A stretch of DNA of 64,000 nt from a virus, in the IMG/VR virus record IMGVR_UViG_3300036770_001423, positions 1-64,000 of that record, one strand, 5' to 3'. The notes beneath the pieces were generated by a model. It searched no databases. It was not told the origin of the DNA and saw nothing but the letters and a program-made list of their open reading frames with translations. Below, piece after piece: positions 47,445-57,351 of this stretch (the stretch's first letter is position 1; the number at the start of each line of letters is the position of its first letter). The translations under genes were made by a program, and so were the position numbers.

Positions 47445-47785
47445 TGACAACAAACAATTATGAATTATTGGCGGATACGTCACTTGGTATCTTATTACCG
47501 AAGATGGTGCAGCAGATTATGGGTGAAGGTATCCCTGAAGAAATGGCTGTTGAGTTTATGAACTGGTCTATTGCTACTTGTGGTATCCGAGATGCTTACG
47601 TTGCAGGATTTACTAAAGAGTTCAACGAAGAAGAAATTCAAGAGATTGTAAACTACCAGCAGAAGTATTTACAACGTATCCTGTCATTAGATGGTGTCTT
47701 GACTGAGAACTTACTGTCACAAATTGATCCTAAGCAACTGGAAGCCAAATTAACAGAATTATGGGAGAAATACAATGCAATTTAA
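47441..47785 (+). CDS. Hypothetical protein
   Basis: ORF in operon. Confidence 0.7.
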   Translation: MMTTNNYELLADTSLGILLPKMVQQIMGEGIPEEMAVEFMNWSIATCGIRDAYVAGFTKEFNEEEIQEIVNYQQKYLQRILSLDGVLTENLLSQIDPKQLEAKLTELWEKYNAI

Positions 47786-47975
47786 ATTCAGCGTAGATAT
47801 AGTAATCACAGCTATGGAACGTTATCTTGATGATAACCAAGTGAAGCCTAACAGCTTTGATATTGAGCGTGAAGAATTGTTTCGCTCTTATGAAACCTTA
47901 GTGCGATTAGCTAATAAGCCAGAAGCTGTTATTCTGGATGATTATGAAGTGGATTTATTGTATAAGTATTTGTGA
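47775..47975 (+). CDS. Hypothetical protein
   Basis: ORF in operon. Confidence 0.65.
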   Translation: MQFKFSVDIVITAMERYLDDNQVKPNSFDIEREELFRSYETLVRLANKPEAVILDDYEVDLLYKYL

Positions 47976-47981
47976 GGCAGT

Positions 47982-48176
47982 ATGTCAGAATTAGAGCTTT
48001 GTTGTGAAAAGGAATATGATGACATACTTCGCATAAGTTCGGAAGGTAGTGATGAAGTATGTTTTCATATTGATTCCATTTACGCAAACTGTGACTGTGT
48101 ATTTCTCAGTAAAGAGAAATTAATGTTGTTACATAAATGGATTAACGAATATTTAGGAGAAAATCATGTGGCTTAA
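47982..48176 (+). CDS. Hypothetical protein
   Basis: ORF in operon. Confidence 0.65.
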   Translation: MSELELCCEKEYDDILRISSEGSDEVCFHIDSIYANCDCVFLSKEKLMLLHKWINEYLGENHVA

Positions 48177-48336
48177 TCATCTACGTTTTACTGTTGGTGT
48201 GTTTGTTTTAGTGTGCTTATTGACACCTACTGTTGCTATATTTAAGGTTATACTCCAAAATAGGGAACCAGAGAGTCTTTGGGATGCTCTTGTTGGCAGT
48301 GTAAAAGATTTACGAGATGAGATTTATTTCAAATAA
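48166..48336 (+). CDS. Small membrane protein
   Basis: 56 aa with one TM segment, SD AGGAG. Confidence 0.6.
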   Translation: MWLNHLRFTVGVFVLVCLLTPTVAIFKVILQNREPESLWDALVGSVKDLRDEIYFK

Positions 48337-48347
48337 GGAGTAGTTGA

Positions 48348-49112
48348 ATGACTTTAGAGCATGGTGGTGGTCGTAAAGTGCGTGAACGTAAAGTTACACG
48401 AGCTAAGAAAGTGGCTGAAGGGGGTCAACGAGCTATTGACCCAAAACACTTAGAAGAACGCAAAGAGAAGTTTCAATCTGTTAAACCTATGAATGACTTG
48501 CAAGCAGAATATATCAGGTTCTGCTGGGAATCTCCTGTTGTGATAGCTACTGGCTTCGCAGGATCATCGAAAAGTTACATTCCAACTTGTGTAGCTGCTG
48601 AGAAGTGGTATTTGGGTGAAATTGATAAGATTTATTTGATCCGCCCTGCGACATCAAGTTCCAAGTCTCTTGGTTATTTCAGTGGTTCGTTGGTTGAAAA
48701 AGCTAAACACTGGCTTGCACCTATTCTTGATACGCTGTATGAGAAGCTTGGTCGTAATGTAACTGAGTTAGCAATTGAATCGGGGGCTATTGAATTTATT
48801 CCACTTGAAGTTGTGAAAGGGCGTAGCTTAAAGAACTGCTACATCATTTGCGACGAAGCGGAAGACCTTACAGTGAAAGAATTTGTTAAAGTAGTAACCC
48901 GTTTAGGCGAAAATGCGACAATGGTATTCGCTGGTGATATTCTCCAGACAGACTTGAAGGAAGAAAATGGATTGTCTTTAGCCTTGAAGATGAAGGAAGA
49001 AGATGTGAACTTACCTTGGTCATTTGTGGACTTCAATAGACCAAGTGACATTGTTCGTTCTAAAGCAACACGAGAAGCTATTCTTGCTTTCCGGCGTAGA
49101 GGTTTGATGTAA
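48348..49112 (+). CDS. phoH: PhoH-family ATPase
   Basis: GFAGSSKS, KGRSL, ICDEAED, TRLGE, GDILQTD, DIVRS motifs. Confidence 0.92.
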   Translation: MTLEHGGGRKVRERKVTRAKKVAEGGQRAIDPKHLEERKEKFQSVKPMNDLQAEYIRFCWESPVVIATGFAGSSKSYIPTCVAAEKWYLGEIDKIYLIRPATSSSKSLGYFSGSLVEKAKHWLAPILDTLYEKLGRNVTELAIESGAIEFIPLEVVKGRSLKNCYIICDEAEDLTVKEFVKVVTRLGENATMVFAGDILQTDLKEENGLSLALKMKEEDVNLPWSFVDFNRPSDIVRSKATREAILAFRRRGLM

Positions 49113-49134
49113 TATGACAATTAAAGGAGAATAA

Positions 49135-49878
49135 ATGAAAGATTCATTAGACACAATTTATGTAAAACCAACCCCTTCGGAGTATGTTTACCATATTGAT
49201 TCAGAAGTAGGTGAACCACATGAATACCGTGAGTTAATCCAATGTTTAGAGTCGATGCAGGAAGGAGACCACCTTAGTCTATATTTAAACACTTTTGGTG
49301 GCTATCTCCACACCACTGTTGCCTTGTTAGGACATATCCGTTCTACTAAAGGTCATGTTCATACTGTACTTAATGGAGTAGCTTGCAGCGCTGGTAGTAT
49401 TCTATTCTTGTCTGGACATAGTTGTGAAGTGCTACCACATTCAACACTGATGGCACATACAAGTTCTGGTGGTTCAGGTTATGAGAAGTTATCTGATTCG
49501 GCTAAGCGATTAGCACACGATACGAAACATCTGAGTAAGCTATACCATGAAGTATATGAACACTTCATGTCTAAAGAAGAAATTGAACAGATGCTTTCTG
49601 GTGTAGATTTCTGGTTCGATGATGAAGACTTAGATAAACGGCTGACATATCGTGCAGAGAAGATCCAAGCTAAACAACAAGAAATGATGAAGCAGGTAGA
49701 ACAAGACTTCCTAGCCTCAATGGAAGCTGATGAACTGCCAGAAGCAATTCTGAAGAAGCTCACTAAGGGTCAGCTCATTGATTACATCCAAGGGAACATT
49801 ATTATTGATGTGAAAGAAGATGGCGAGACATTTGAGATTATTGAAATTGAAGATGAAGAACCTCCAAAATTACATTGA
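49135..49878 (+). CDS. ClpP-like protease
   Basis: LNTFGG, ACSAG (catalytic Ser), LMAH (His). Confidence 0.85.
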   Translation: MKDSLDTIYVKPTPSEYVYHIDSEVGEPHEYRELIQCLESMQEGDHLSLYLNTFGGYLHTTVALLGHIRSTKGHVHTVLNGVACSAGSILFLSGHSCEVLPHSTLMAHTSSGGSGYEKLSDSAKRLAHDTKHLSKLYHEVYEHFMSKEEIEQMLSGVDFWFDDEDLDKRLTYRAEKIQAKQQEMMKQVEQDFLASMEADELPEAILKKLTKGQLIDYIQGNIIIDVKEDGETFEIIEIEDEEPPKLH

Positions 49879-49951
49879 CAATGAACAATTAGTGTAATAA
49901 TATAGCCACCTAGTAATCCTAGAGTGGCTTTTATTTTATGTGGAGGAATGT

Positions 49952-50227
49952 ATGAAAAATATTGCTGTAATTGTAAACAATAAAAGGGAGTGGGAGTTTT
50001 TCGTTGAAGCATTACAATTTGCTTTATCGAAAGAGGATACACCATACAAAGCTACAGCTAATGACATTGTAGACAAACAGAAAGATGTACGATACTTTAT
50101 GGTGCCTAATCATTTTAGTGGTATTGAACGTATGCGAGGTGTCATTGTGAATGACTACATGACTATGGCTAATTTTGTGGATAATGATATTCACGAGTAT
50201 TTGATGAACTATATGAGAGGAGAATAA
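49952..50227 (+). CDS. Hypothetical protein
   Basis: SD GGAGG; promoter TTGACA-17-TAATAT at 49875. Confidence 0.7.
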   Translation: MKNIAVIVNNKREWEFFVEALQFALSKEDTPYKATANDIVDKQKDVRYFMVPNHFSGIERMRGVIVNDYMTMANFVDNDIHEYLMNYMRGE

Positions 50228-50228
50228 T

Positions 50229-50816
50229 ATGGCTAAAATTATTGTAATGAATTCCTGCCCGAACACAGGGAAGGACACAGCAGCAGACTATATTGCTGAG
50301 AAGTACAATGCTCAACACTTACGATTCAAAGATGGATTATACAAGGTGGCTGCTATGGTGGCGGGGATTACTGAGTTTCAAATGAAGCAATTGGCTACAT
50401 TCCGACCAACTAAAGAAACACCTTCTCATTATTTCTCGGTAGGTGGTGAGCAAGTAAGCCCCCGACAATGGTTAATCCACTGCTCTGAGAATATTGTAAA
50501 ACCATTATTAGGTAAAGACTTCTTCGGTAAGCAATTAGCTCAGTCAATTACATCTGATTTAGTGGTGATCTCAGACAGTGGTTTTGAATCAGAGATTGTT
50601 CCATTACTCCAAGCGGGTCATTATATTTGTGTAATTCGGATTGAGCGAGATGGATATACGTTTGAAGGTGACAGTCGAAACTATTTACCAACATCACCGT
50701 TATATCACACATTCTTGGTGAATAACAACGGAACATTGGACCAGTTCTTGAATAAAGTGGGAAGTATTGTGGATGATATTGTTGGGATTAGTGGAACTTC
50801 AGGGGCTTCAAAATGA
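50229..50816 (+). CDS. Deoxynucleoside monophosphate kinase-like protein
   Basis: NTGKDT P-loop, FKDGL, SPRQWL, VISDSGFESE. Confidence 0.8.
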   Translation: MAKIIVMNSCPNTGKDTAADYIAEKYNAQHLRFKDGLYKVAAMVAGITEFQMKQLATFRPTKETPSHYFSVGGEQVSPRQWLIHCSENIVKPLLGKDFFGKQLAQSITSDLVVISDSGFESEIVPLLQAGHYICVIRIERDGYTFEGDSRNYLPTSPLYHTFLVNNNGTLDQFLNKVGSIVDDIVGISGTSGASK

Positions 50817-51088
50817 CATTACCTTTATTCATAGCAATCTTTGCAGTTAACTTTGTATATATCATGCTAAAAGCTATGCAGCAAAAGAGTGTGGTAGCTG
50901 ATAAAAAGATGTTCATCGTTCCTACGTCTATGGCGATGAGCGCTTGCGAAACGTTCATGGTGGCAACAATAGCGACTATGGTTATTGCTACACAATCATA
51001 CTGGGCTTTTGTTCCTGCTGGTCTGGGCGGAGGTACAGGGTGCTTACTAGGAATGTCTCTGTTTAATAAACTAAACAAGGAATCATAA
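50813..51088 (+). CDS. Membrane protein
   Basis: Three hydrophobic segments. Confidence 0.7.
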   Translation: MTLPLFIAIFAVNFVYIMLKAMQQKSVVADKKMFIVPTSMAMSACETFMVATIATMVIATQSYWAFVPAGLGGGTGCLLGMSLFNKLNKES

Positions 51089-51276
51089 TGAGCTACCATT
51101 ATTCAGACATGGACGACTTACCTCCTATGAGAGTTCCTGATGCTACAGCAGAACGTAATGCACTATATGTCATCCTCTGCGACTTCTTATCTCCTGATGA
51201 AATACAGAAGCGTATAAAAGATGTTTATGCTGGAAAATATAATCAGCGTAATACAAACGAAAAAGCCCGCATTTAG
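51088..51276 (+). CDS. Hypothetical protein
   Basis: TAATG overlap with upstream gene. Confidence 0.6.
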   Translation: MSYHYSDMDDLPPMRVPDATAERNALYVILCDFLSPDEIQKRIKDVYAGKYNQRNTNEKARI

Positions 51277-51290
51277 CGGGCTTTGTTTTA
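51259..51290. terminator. Bidirectional terminator
   Basis: AAAAAGCCCGC-ATTTA-GCGGGCTTTGTTTT between convergent genes. Confidence 0.85.
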
Positions 51291-51304
51291 TGTGCAATTT
51301 GTAG

Positions 51305-51853
51305 CTACATCCCAGATGTTAATCTCACCACCATATAACTCATATCATACACTTGGAAGTTACCTGAATCCGCTTTAAAATATACTTCCAATCCATTAGC
51401 AAATATTTCTGGGCCAATAAATACTGGAACAGCAAGAGATATAAACTGTTCCACTCCGGCAGACTTACTAACACTACCAGATTGTGCCTGCACAGGGTTA
51501 TACGGAAACGTAGGAGATTCTAACCGTATCTCATAAGCAGCATTCTGAGCAGAAGCTTTAGCTTTAAATCTGATCTCCACTAAAAATACGTCATTTAGTG
51601 TTTGTGGTTGAAACTTCTGAGAAGTAAAGTTATAATTGAGAGATAAACTTCTTCCTGCCTGAAAGAATATGTCAGCAGGTTGAAATTGTAATTTGGTTGT
51701 GCTACCCTGATTCACCACTAATGGGGAAACGGATGTGTAGTTATTGAGTTGAAGAAATTGCCAATCTCCTTGAGCGAACAGGTTGTCTAGGCTACGCTTT
51801 ATTTTATTTTTTCCAAGAGAGACAAGCTCATGGAAGTATTCTATCACCCGCAT
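51305..51853 (-). CDS. Beta-rich hypothetical protein, possibly virion-associated
   Basis: Lone minus-strand ORF; start MRVIEY after SD ACAGGA. Confidence 0.7.
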   Translation of the reverse strand: MRVIEYFHELVSLGKNKIKRSLDNLFAQGDWQFLQLNNYTSVSPLVVNQGSTTKLQFQPADIFFQAGRSLSLNYNFTSQKFQPQTLNDVFLVEIRFKAKASAQNAAYEIRLESPTFPYNPVQAQSGSVSKSAGVEQFISLAVPVFIGPEIFANGLEVYFKADSGNFQVYDMSYMVVRLTSGM

Positions 51854-51993
51854 CGTGGTTTCCTGTGTTGTTGTGAGAATGCTCCTTCCTAAAGTATACA
51901 GGAAGATTAATATTTTGTAAATAGATAAATTTATGTTGACAGCAAATAAATGCTCTAGTAGAATTACATCATCCAATCAGATAGGAGATAAGA

Positions 51994-52200
51994 ATGACAA
52001 AAGCAAAGAAAGAGAAAGTGATTGAGACTGTTGTGTTAACATATCAGGAATACACATTCCCTGAAGTATCTTTCCCTAGTAAATTCTGTTTCAGGGATGC
52101 TAATGGAGACTTTATCTTCATCAAGACATCGAAACGAAGTATTGCTGAGCAGTATATTAAAGATAATTATGATGGGCGTTATTCGCTGCGTGAAGTATGA
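51994..52200 (+). CDS. Hypothetical protein
   Basis: SD AGGAG; promoter TTGACA-17-TAGAAT at 51936. Confidence 0.7.
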   Translation: MTKAKKEKVIETVVLTYQEYTFPEVSFPSKFCFRDANGDFIFIKTSKRSIAEQYIKDNYDGRYSLREV

Positions 52201-52294
52201 ATAAGAAATCTGACACACCTTTAGTATTGACATTAGTATTTATGTTTGTTATATTGCCTTGGATTTTAGGATATTTAGCTATGGGAGGTACAAG

Positions 52295-52513
52295 ATGAGT
52301 GGAATTATTTGCAGTCCAGCAGTTTATGAATATAAAGGGATACTATTTGAGTTTCATAGTTACTGCGGCCCTTGGCCTTTAAAAAAGTCTAACCATGACC
52401 CTAAGAAATATGCTGGGCCTAAATTCTGGGATATGTGGGATGAATTTTCAAAGCTATCGAAAGAAGAACAAATGACATACAACATTCACCGAGGAGGGTG
52501 TCAGAGAATATGA
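52295..52513 (+). CDS. Hypothetical protein
   Basis: SD GGAGG; promoter TTGACA-17-TATATT at 52227. Confidence 0.7.
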   Translation: MSGIICSPAVYEYKGILFEFHSYCGPWPLKKSNHDPKKYAGPKFWDMWDEFSKLSKEEQMTYNIHRGGCQRI

Positions 52514-53043
52514 GTAAACTGCTGATTAGTTCCGATCACCACCTCGGGCACAAGAATATCACCAAATACCGAACTGATTTTACTTCTGCGGAAGAACATC
52601 ATAATTTTGTATTTGAAAATTTAGCAACAAATGTCGGTAAACGGGACACTCTATACCTGTTAGGTGATGTAGCTTTTGACAAGTATTGGCTTGAGAAAGT
52701 AAAGAGTATTAAGTGTCAGCACAAGAAGTTAATTCTTGGTAATCACGATTCTGAACATCATTCAATTAAAGAATTAGCTGATGCGTTTGATAGTATAGAA
52801 AGCTTACTGAGTAAACGTAATGTGTGGTTTAGTCATTGTCCAATTCACCCCCAAGAAATGCGTGGTAGGTTATTCAATGTGCATGGACACCTTCACGGTA
52901 AGGTTGTAGAGAAAACAGTGTTCGAGTATGGCAATGCCGCAGGAATGATACAAGACGAAAGATATGTAAACGTTTGCGTGGAACATACAAATTATAAACC
53001 AATCAGTTTTGCAGAAATTATGGAGAGAATAAATGAGACTTAA
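52510..53043 (+). CDS. Calcineurin-like metallophosphoesterase
   Basis: SDHH, LGDV, GNHD, SHCP, HGHLH motifs. Confidence 0.9.
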   Translation: MSKLLISSDHHLGHKNITKYRTDFTSAEEHHNFVFENLATNVGKRDTLYLLGDVAFDKYWLEKVKSIKCQHKKLILGNHDSEHHSIKELADAFDSIESLLSKRNVWFSHCPIHPQEMRGRLFNVHGHLHGKVVEKTVFEYGNAAGMIQDERYVNVCVEHTNYKPISFAEIMERINET

Positions 53044-53647
53044 GAGAAGATTGGTTTGGGGTGTTGGAATAAATGACGTTGACTACGCAGTGAACCAGCT
53101 TAAAACGACAGGTTTCGTATGTCCGTATTATCTTGTTTGGCAAAAGATGTTGGAAAGATGTTACAGTGAGAAGTATCTTAAAGTGAAACCGACCTATGTT
53201 GGTTGTAGTATCCATCCAGAATGGCAAAGATTTTCAAATTTTATCAAGTGGGTTGATTCTCAGCCGAATAGAGATTGGCAGAATTGTCAACCAGACAAGG
53301 ATCTTCTTGTAAGAGATAATAAGTTGTATGGACCTGACACTGTGGTATTTGTTTCTAGGCAACTTAACGGTTTCTTAAATACAAACAAAGGACAAAGAGG
53401 CACCTTACTGATAGGAGTATCATATTATCCAAACACTACTTTAAAATTTAGAGCAGCTTGTAACGACCCTTTTCTTAAGAAACAGATTAAGCTTGGTTTT
53501 TACAAAACAGAGTTAGATGCCCATAAAGCTTGGCAAGCCAAGAAACACGAGTATGCTTGTCAGCTTGCAGAGCTACAAGATGACCCTCGCGTAGCAGACG
53601 CTTTGCGTCAACGTTACGCCCCTGATAAAGATTGGACAAAGGAGTAA
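53033..53647 (+). CDS. Putative HNH-type homing endonuclease with AP2-like domain
   Basis: WQKMLERC..W..FSNF..DKD..Y.PDT..N and LIGV..LGFY..AHKAW patterns. Confidence 0.75.
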   Translation: MRLKRRLVWGVGINDVDYAVNQLKTTGFVCPYYLVWQKMLERCYSEKYLKVKPTYVGCSIHPEWQRFSNFIKWVDSQPNRDWQNCQPDKDLLVRDNKLYGPDTVVFVSRQLNGFLNTNKGQRGTLLIGVSYYPNTTLKFRAACNDPFLKKQIKLGFYKTELDAHKAWQAKKHEYACQLAELQDDPRVADALRQRYAPDKDWTKE

Positions 53648-53659
53648 AGGAGAAAATTT

Positions 53660-54538
53660 ATGATTAAACAACCGATGTTGGCGAACAGCGAAATTCCGAA
53701 CTTATACGAAGATGTAAAATACCCTTGCTACATTCAACCAAAATTGGATGGAATCCGTTGTCTTGCTATTAATGGTGTAGCTTATAGTCGTAAGATGAAA
53801 CCAATCCCAAATCAATACGTGCAGAAAGTGTTTAAGGAACTAAACCTACACGGATTAGACGGTGAGTTGATGGTTTATGGAGATTTTAATTCTGTGCAAT
53901 CTGCAATCATGTCAGAAGATGGTGAACCTGAGTTCTACCTAGCAGTGTATGATTACTGGGACAGCGATCTTTCATGTAAAGACAGAATGAATATTTATAT
54001 AACTAAAGTGCTTGAGATTAATAGACCATTGTTTGTGAAACGTGTTATTACTGACGTCGCACATACACCAGAGGAAGCGGAACGTGCTGTAGCTAAATAT
54101 GTGTCGCAAGGTTACGAAGGTGGTATCTTACGTTCACTGAGTGGTCGATATAAACAAGGACGATCTACGTTCAAGGAAGGCTTCTTGTTAAAGCTGAAAA
54201 GCTTTCACGATTCCGAAGCTGTAGTAATTGGTTTTGAAGAAAAGATGTCCAATGAAAATGCTCTTGAAACAGATGAACGAGGCTACGCCAAACGTTCAAG
54301 TAAGAAAGAAGGTATGGTTCCAGCAAACACACTAGGTTCTTTACAAGTAGATTGGAACGGTGTAGTATTCAACATCGGTAGCGGATTCACTGATATTCAA
54401 CGTAAAGAGATTTGGGACAACAAAGAAAGTTATCTTGGTAAGTTGGCTAACTTCAGTTATCAAGAGCTTACTAAATATGGTGTTCCCCGTTTCCCTGTAT
54501 GGCGCGGATTTCGCAGTGAATTAGATATGAGCAATTAA
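53660..54538 (+). CDS. lig: ATP-dependent DNA ligase
   Basis: KLDGIR, LDGEL, EGGILR, LLKLK, PRFP motifs. Confidence 0.93.
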   Translation: MIKQPMLANSEIPNLYEDVKYPCYIQPKLDGIRCLAINGVAYSRKMKPIPNQYVQKVFKELNLHGLDGELMVYGDFNSVQSAIMSEDGEPEFYLAVYDYWDSDLSCKDRMNIYITKVLEINRPLFVKRVITDVAHTPEEAERAVAKYVSQGYEGGILRSLSGRYKQGRSTFKEGFLLKLKSFHDSEAVVIGFEEKMSNENALETDERGYAKRSSKKEGMVPANTLGSLQVDWNGVVFNIGSGFTDIQRKEIWDNKESYLGKLANFSYQELTKYGVPRFPVWRGFRSELDMSN

Positions 54539-54559
54539 TAAATTATTGAGGAGTAGTAG

Positions 54560-54760
54560 ATGGGTTATTATGATATTGCAGGGTATGACAATTGGAAGTG
54601 TGACGATGTAGTTGGGCAATTAGCTTGGGATGAAATCTATTTGCAAGAATGGGCTGAGAGTTTAATTCGACAGGATAACCCTTGGATGGATGAAGAATCT
54701 ATCACAGCGTTGGCTCAACACAGGTTAGAAACAGGTTACTATGATGACATTGATTTCTAA
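54560..54760 (+). CDS. Hypothetical acidic protein
   Basis: SD GAGGAG. Confidence 0.65.
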   Translation: MGYYDIAGYDNWKCDDVVGQLAWDEIYLQEWAESLIRQDNPWMDEESITALAQHRLETGYYDDIDF

Positions 54761-54959
54761 TATTACAATCATCGTATTTTATTTCAGTTGCGCTGTATTT
54801 GTCAGCGTACTAGACTTTGAATGGAGTGAAGACGCTGATAACCCAAAAGCATACTGGAAGTATTTGTTAGTTAATTTAGTGACATGGTGGATTACTATCT
54901 TGATATTGACAGGAAGATTTGTAAGATTTATTAAACGACAACATAGGAGAAAGAAATGA
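54741..54959 (+). CDS. Small membrane protein
   Basis: Two TM segments, basic tail. Confidence 0.6.
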   Translation: MMTLISNITIIVFYFSCAVFVSVLDFEWSEDADNPKAYWKYLLVNLVTWWITILILTGRFVRFIKRQHRRKK

Positions 54960-55156
54960 GTGAAGAATTAAAAATGCCAGTCAATACTCCTGAGTTTACG
55001 GTAGGTATAATTGGTAATTGCTACGGCGATCTTAGAGTGAAAGTTGTTGATGGACAAGCTTACTGGGATATTGACGGTTTTGGTAGTATTAACTGGGAGA
55101 AAATCCCTGACTATTTATACTTCGCATTAGTTAAATTTGAAGGAGAGAACAAATGA
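54956..55156 (+). CDS. Hypothetical protein
   Basis: ATGA overlap, SD AGGAG. Confidence 0.65.
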   Translation: MSEELKMPVNTPEFTVGIIGNCYGDLRVKVVDGQAYWDIDGFGSINWEKIPDYLYFALVKFEGENK

Positions 55157-55299
55157 ACGTATTTTTAAAGTTAGACCCAGACCAAGTGGAATCAATTGTC
55201 CGTAATGATTTGATTGAGATGTACAAACTGACTGACGACCTTGAAGTGAAGCAAGCTTTATACAAAGTGATTGATTACTACAGTACTCGTGATCAATAG
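55153..55299 (+). CDS. Hypothetical protein (48 aa)
   Basis: ATGA overlap, SD AAGGAG. Confidence 0.55.
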   Translation: MNVFLKLDPDQVESIVRNDLIEMYKLTDDLEVKQALYKVIDYYSTRDQ

Positions 55300-55375
55300 G
55301 ACGAATTTAACGCTTGACAACAATAGCCACGAGGATTAGAATATCTCTCGTGGCTTAATTATTTGGGAGAAACTA

Positions 55376-55900
55376 ATGTTATTATTTTTGAAAACTTACT
55401 GGAAGACTATCGCTATTGTGCTATTACTCGTTCTAACGAACGTAGCGACATATCAGCGAACATCCTTGCATGTGAATACACAATGGGAATTGAAGTGGAG
55501 TGAGGCGAATACTGAGGCTTTACATGCTACAATTGACCAGCAGAAGTCGGAATTACTTAAACAACAACAACTGATTAAGGAGAAAACAAAGAATGAACAA
55601 TATTACAAACAAGAGCAAGCTAAGCTTGACATTGCTTTTACTGAGCTGTCTACTGAACATGAGTTGCTCCTCAAAACCCTTGATTCAATGTCCGAAGGTG
55701 GAGAAGATGCTAGTGCCGGAGTTAACCGTGAACGGGCATCCGAAGCTACCACATCCATTGTGCGAGCCGAGTTGCTCCGATGGAGTGTCCAAGCAAATGA
55801 AATTCTATCGAAAGAAGCTGACTCACTCAGATTGAGCAATACAACTTGTGTTAATGAGTATAATTCAGTAAAGAGTGTAATTAATGGAGAGAAACAATGA
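55376..55900 (+). CDS. Rz: Inner-membrane spanin (Rz-like)
   Basis: N-terminal TM helix, long coiled coil, C-terminal Cys; contains an embedded lipoprotein ORF. Confidence 0.8.
   Translation: MLLFLKTYWKTIAIVLLLVLTNVATYQRTSLHVNTQWELKWSEANTEALHATIDQQKSELLKQQQLIKEKTKNEQYYKQEQAKLDIAFTELSTEHELLLKTLDSMSEGGEDASAGVNRERASEATTSIVRAELLRWSVQANEILSKEADSLRLSNTTCVNEYNSVKSVINGEKQ
55593..55835 (+). CDS. Rz1: Outer-membrane spanin lipoprotein (Rz1-like), embedded in +1 frame
   Basis: Own SD AAGGAG; signal peptide with lipobox-like SC; Pro/Cys-rich mature part. Confidence 0.75.
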   Translation: MNNITNKSKLSLTLLLLSCLLNMSCSSKPLIQCPKVEKMLVPELTVNGHPKLPHPLCEPSCSDGVSKQMKFYRKKLTHSD

Positions 55901-56448
55901 AGATTTACACAGGGATTGGTAGTAGGGAAGTTCCTGAAAATGTACAGAACGCAATGTCGCAGGAAGCTTATTTCTTAGCTAGTCAAGGCTATACGCTGCG
56001 CTCTGGTGGTGCTAAAGGTAGCGATGCAATGTTTCAATGGGGACATGAATCTTATTATCGAGATGAAGATTTATCTATTACTAACGAGGAAATCTATATT
56101 CCTTGGGTGAATTTCAAGATGGATCATTTTCTGGATACACACAATAATATTATCCCTAAGCATCTACTTGGTAAGTGTATGGAGATTGCTTCAGAAGTAC
56201 ATCCTTACTGGGAGCGCTGCTCTGTTGGAGCTAAGAAACTACATGCCCGTAATGTCTGTCAGGTGTTGGGGAATAATCTTGACACTCCTTCGGATTTTGT
56301 GTTATTTTATGCTAAAGAATTGAATGGTGTTGTGCAAGGAGGGACGGCTACTGCTGTGCATTTAGCAAGGTTACACGGTATCCCAACAATCAATATGTTC
56401 TTCGATGATTGGGAAGATAAATTAGAATTTGAAGTGAGGAGAAAATAA
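55897..56448 (+). CDS. SLOG/DprA-like protein
   Basis: YTGIGSR, LRSGGAKGSD, HARN..QVLG, GGTATA motifs. Confidence 0.8.
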   Translation: MKIYTGIGSREVPENVQNAMSQEAYFLASQGYTLRSGGAKGSDAMFQWGHESYYRDEDLSITNEEIYIPWVNFKMDHFLDTHNNIIPKHLLGKCMEIASEVHPYWERCSVGAKKLHARNVCQVLGNNLDTPSDFVLFYAKELNGVVQGGTATAVHLARLHGIPTINMFFDDWEDKLEFEVRRK

Positions 56449-57351
56449 ATGACATTTAAAATTGAAAACTTAAAAGATTTTGAAGCTGTACAAGCGGGTG
56501 ATACACTGATTATTCAAGTACCTCATCGCTGGGGTGGTTACATGGTGGGTAATCGTCAATTGAATGGTACACAAATCACAATCAATAAAGATGAAACCTT
56601 GTACACATACACAGCACCACAACGCACATGGGTTAAAACAATCCTGAAAGATGGTACTGAGCTTTCTGCACAAGAAGTGAATAAGATCCACAATCAGTAT
56701 TACGATGACGATGAAGAAAAGATGGTGTATCCTTCTTTGAAAGAAGAATTCGCACATCGGGAACGTCTGCTAGAGATTAGCGAAGGCGAGAAAGTATATC
56801 TGGAAGAAGAAGCCATTCTCACTCCAGTAGAATACACAATTGTCGGTGAACTGAAAGACACAGGTAATCCTTTTGTAGAAACTGCTGTGTCATACGGCAA
56901 AGGTCGTTTCTCTACAAGTGACAACAGCTTCTTTAAGCTAAATGTATCGAAAGTGATTGGTGATACACTGAAGAAATTTGCCGCTGAAGCTGACTTACCG
57001 TTTACAGCCAGCTCTCACAGCGGTTATAAGTATGCTAAAATTAAAGGTGATTACGTAATCACAAGTGGTAAATGGTACCACATGGCAGAGAAGTGCTTTA
57101 AGTATTTCCCATCATTGCAAGATGCACAGAAATATGAGAATGATATTCGTAGTGAGCTGCATAGTTACCTTGCCGCTAAGTTTAATATGACAGTTATTGG
57201 TAAGTTTGTTGCTGCTGAAATCTTTGCTGATTTACAAGCTATCCTGAAGAAAGTGGAAGGGTTGGATGTTATGCGTAAAGCACAAGACAATAAGCAATAC
57301 ACGAAGAATGCTATTAATGCTTTGATGAAGAAACTAGGAGAAGTGAAATGA
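56449..57351 (+). CDS. Hypothetical protein
   Basis: 300 aa ORF, SD GAGGAG. Confidence 0.8.
   Translation: MTFKIENLKDFEAVQAGDTLIIQVPHRWGGYMVGNRQLNGTQITINKDETLYTYTAPQRTWVKTILKDGTELSAQEVNKIHNQYYDDDEEKMVYPSLKEEFAHRERLLEISEGEKVYLEEEAILTPVEYTIVGELKDTGNPFVETAVSYGKGRFSTSDNSFFKLNVSKVIGDTLKKFAAEADLPFTASSHSGYKYAKIKGDYVITSGKWYHMAEKCFKYFPSLQDAQKYENDIRSELHSYLAAKFNMTVIGKFVAAEIFADLQAILKKVEGLDVMRKAQDNKQYTKNAINALMKKLGEVK

Noticed and set aside
55153-55317. TAG read-through or stop-codon recoding
   Set aside because: Read-through adds only six codons, and TAG ends other genes normally; there is no sign of an alternative code.
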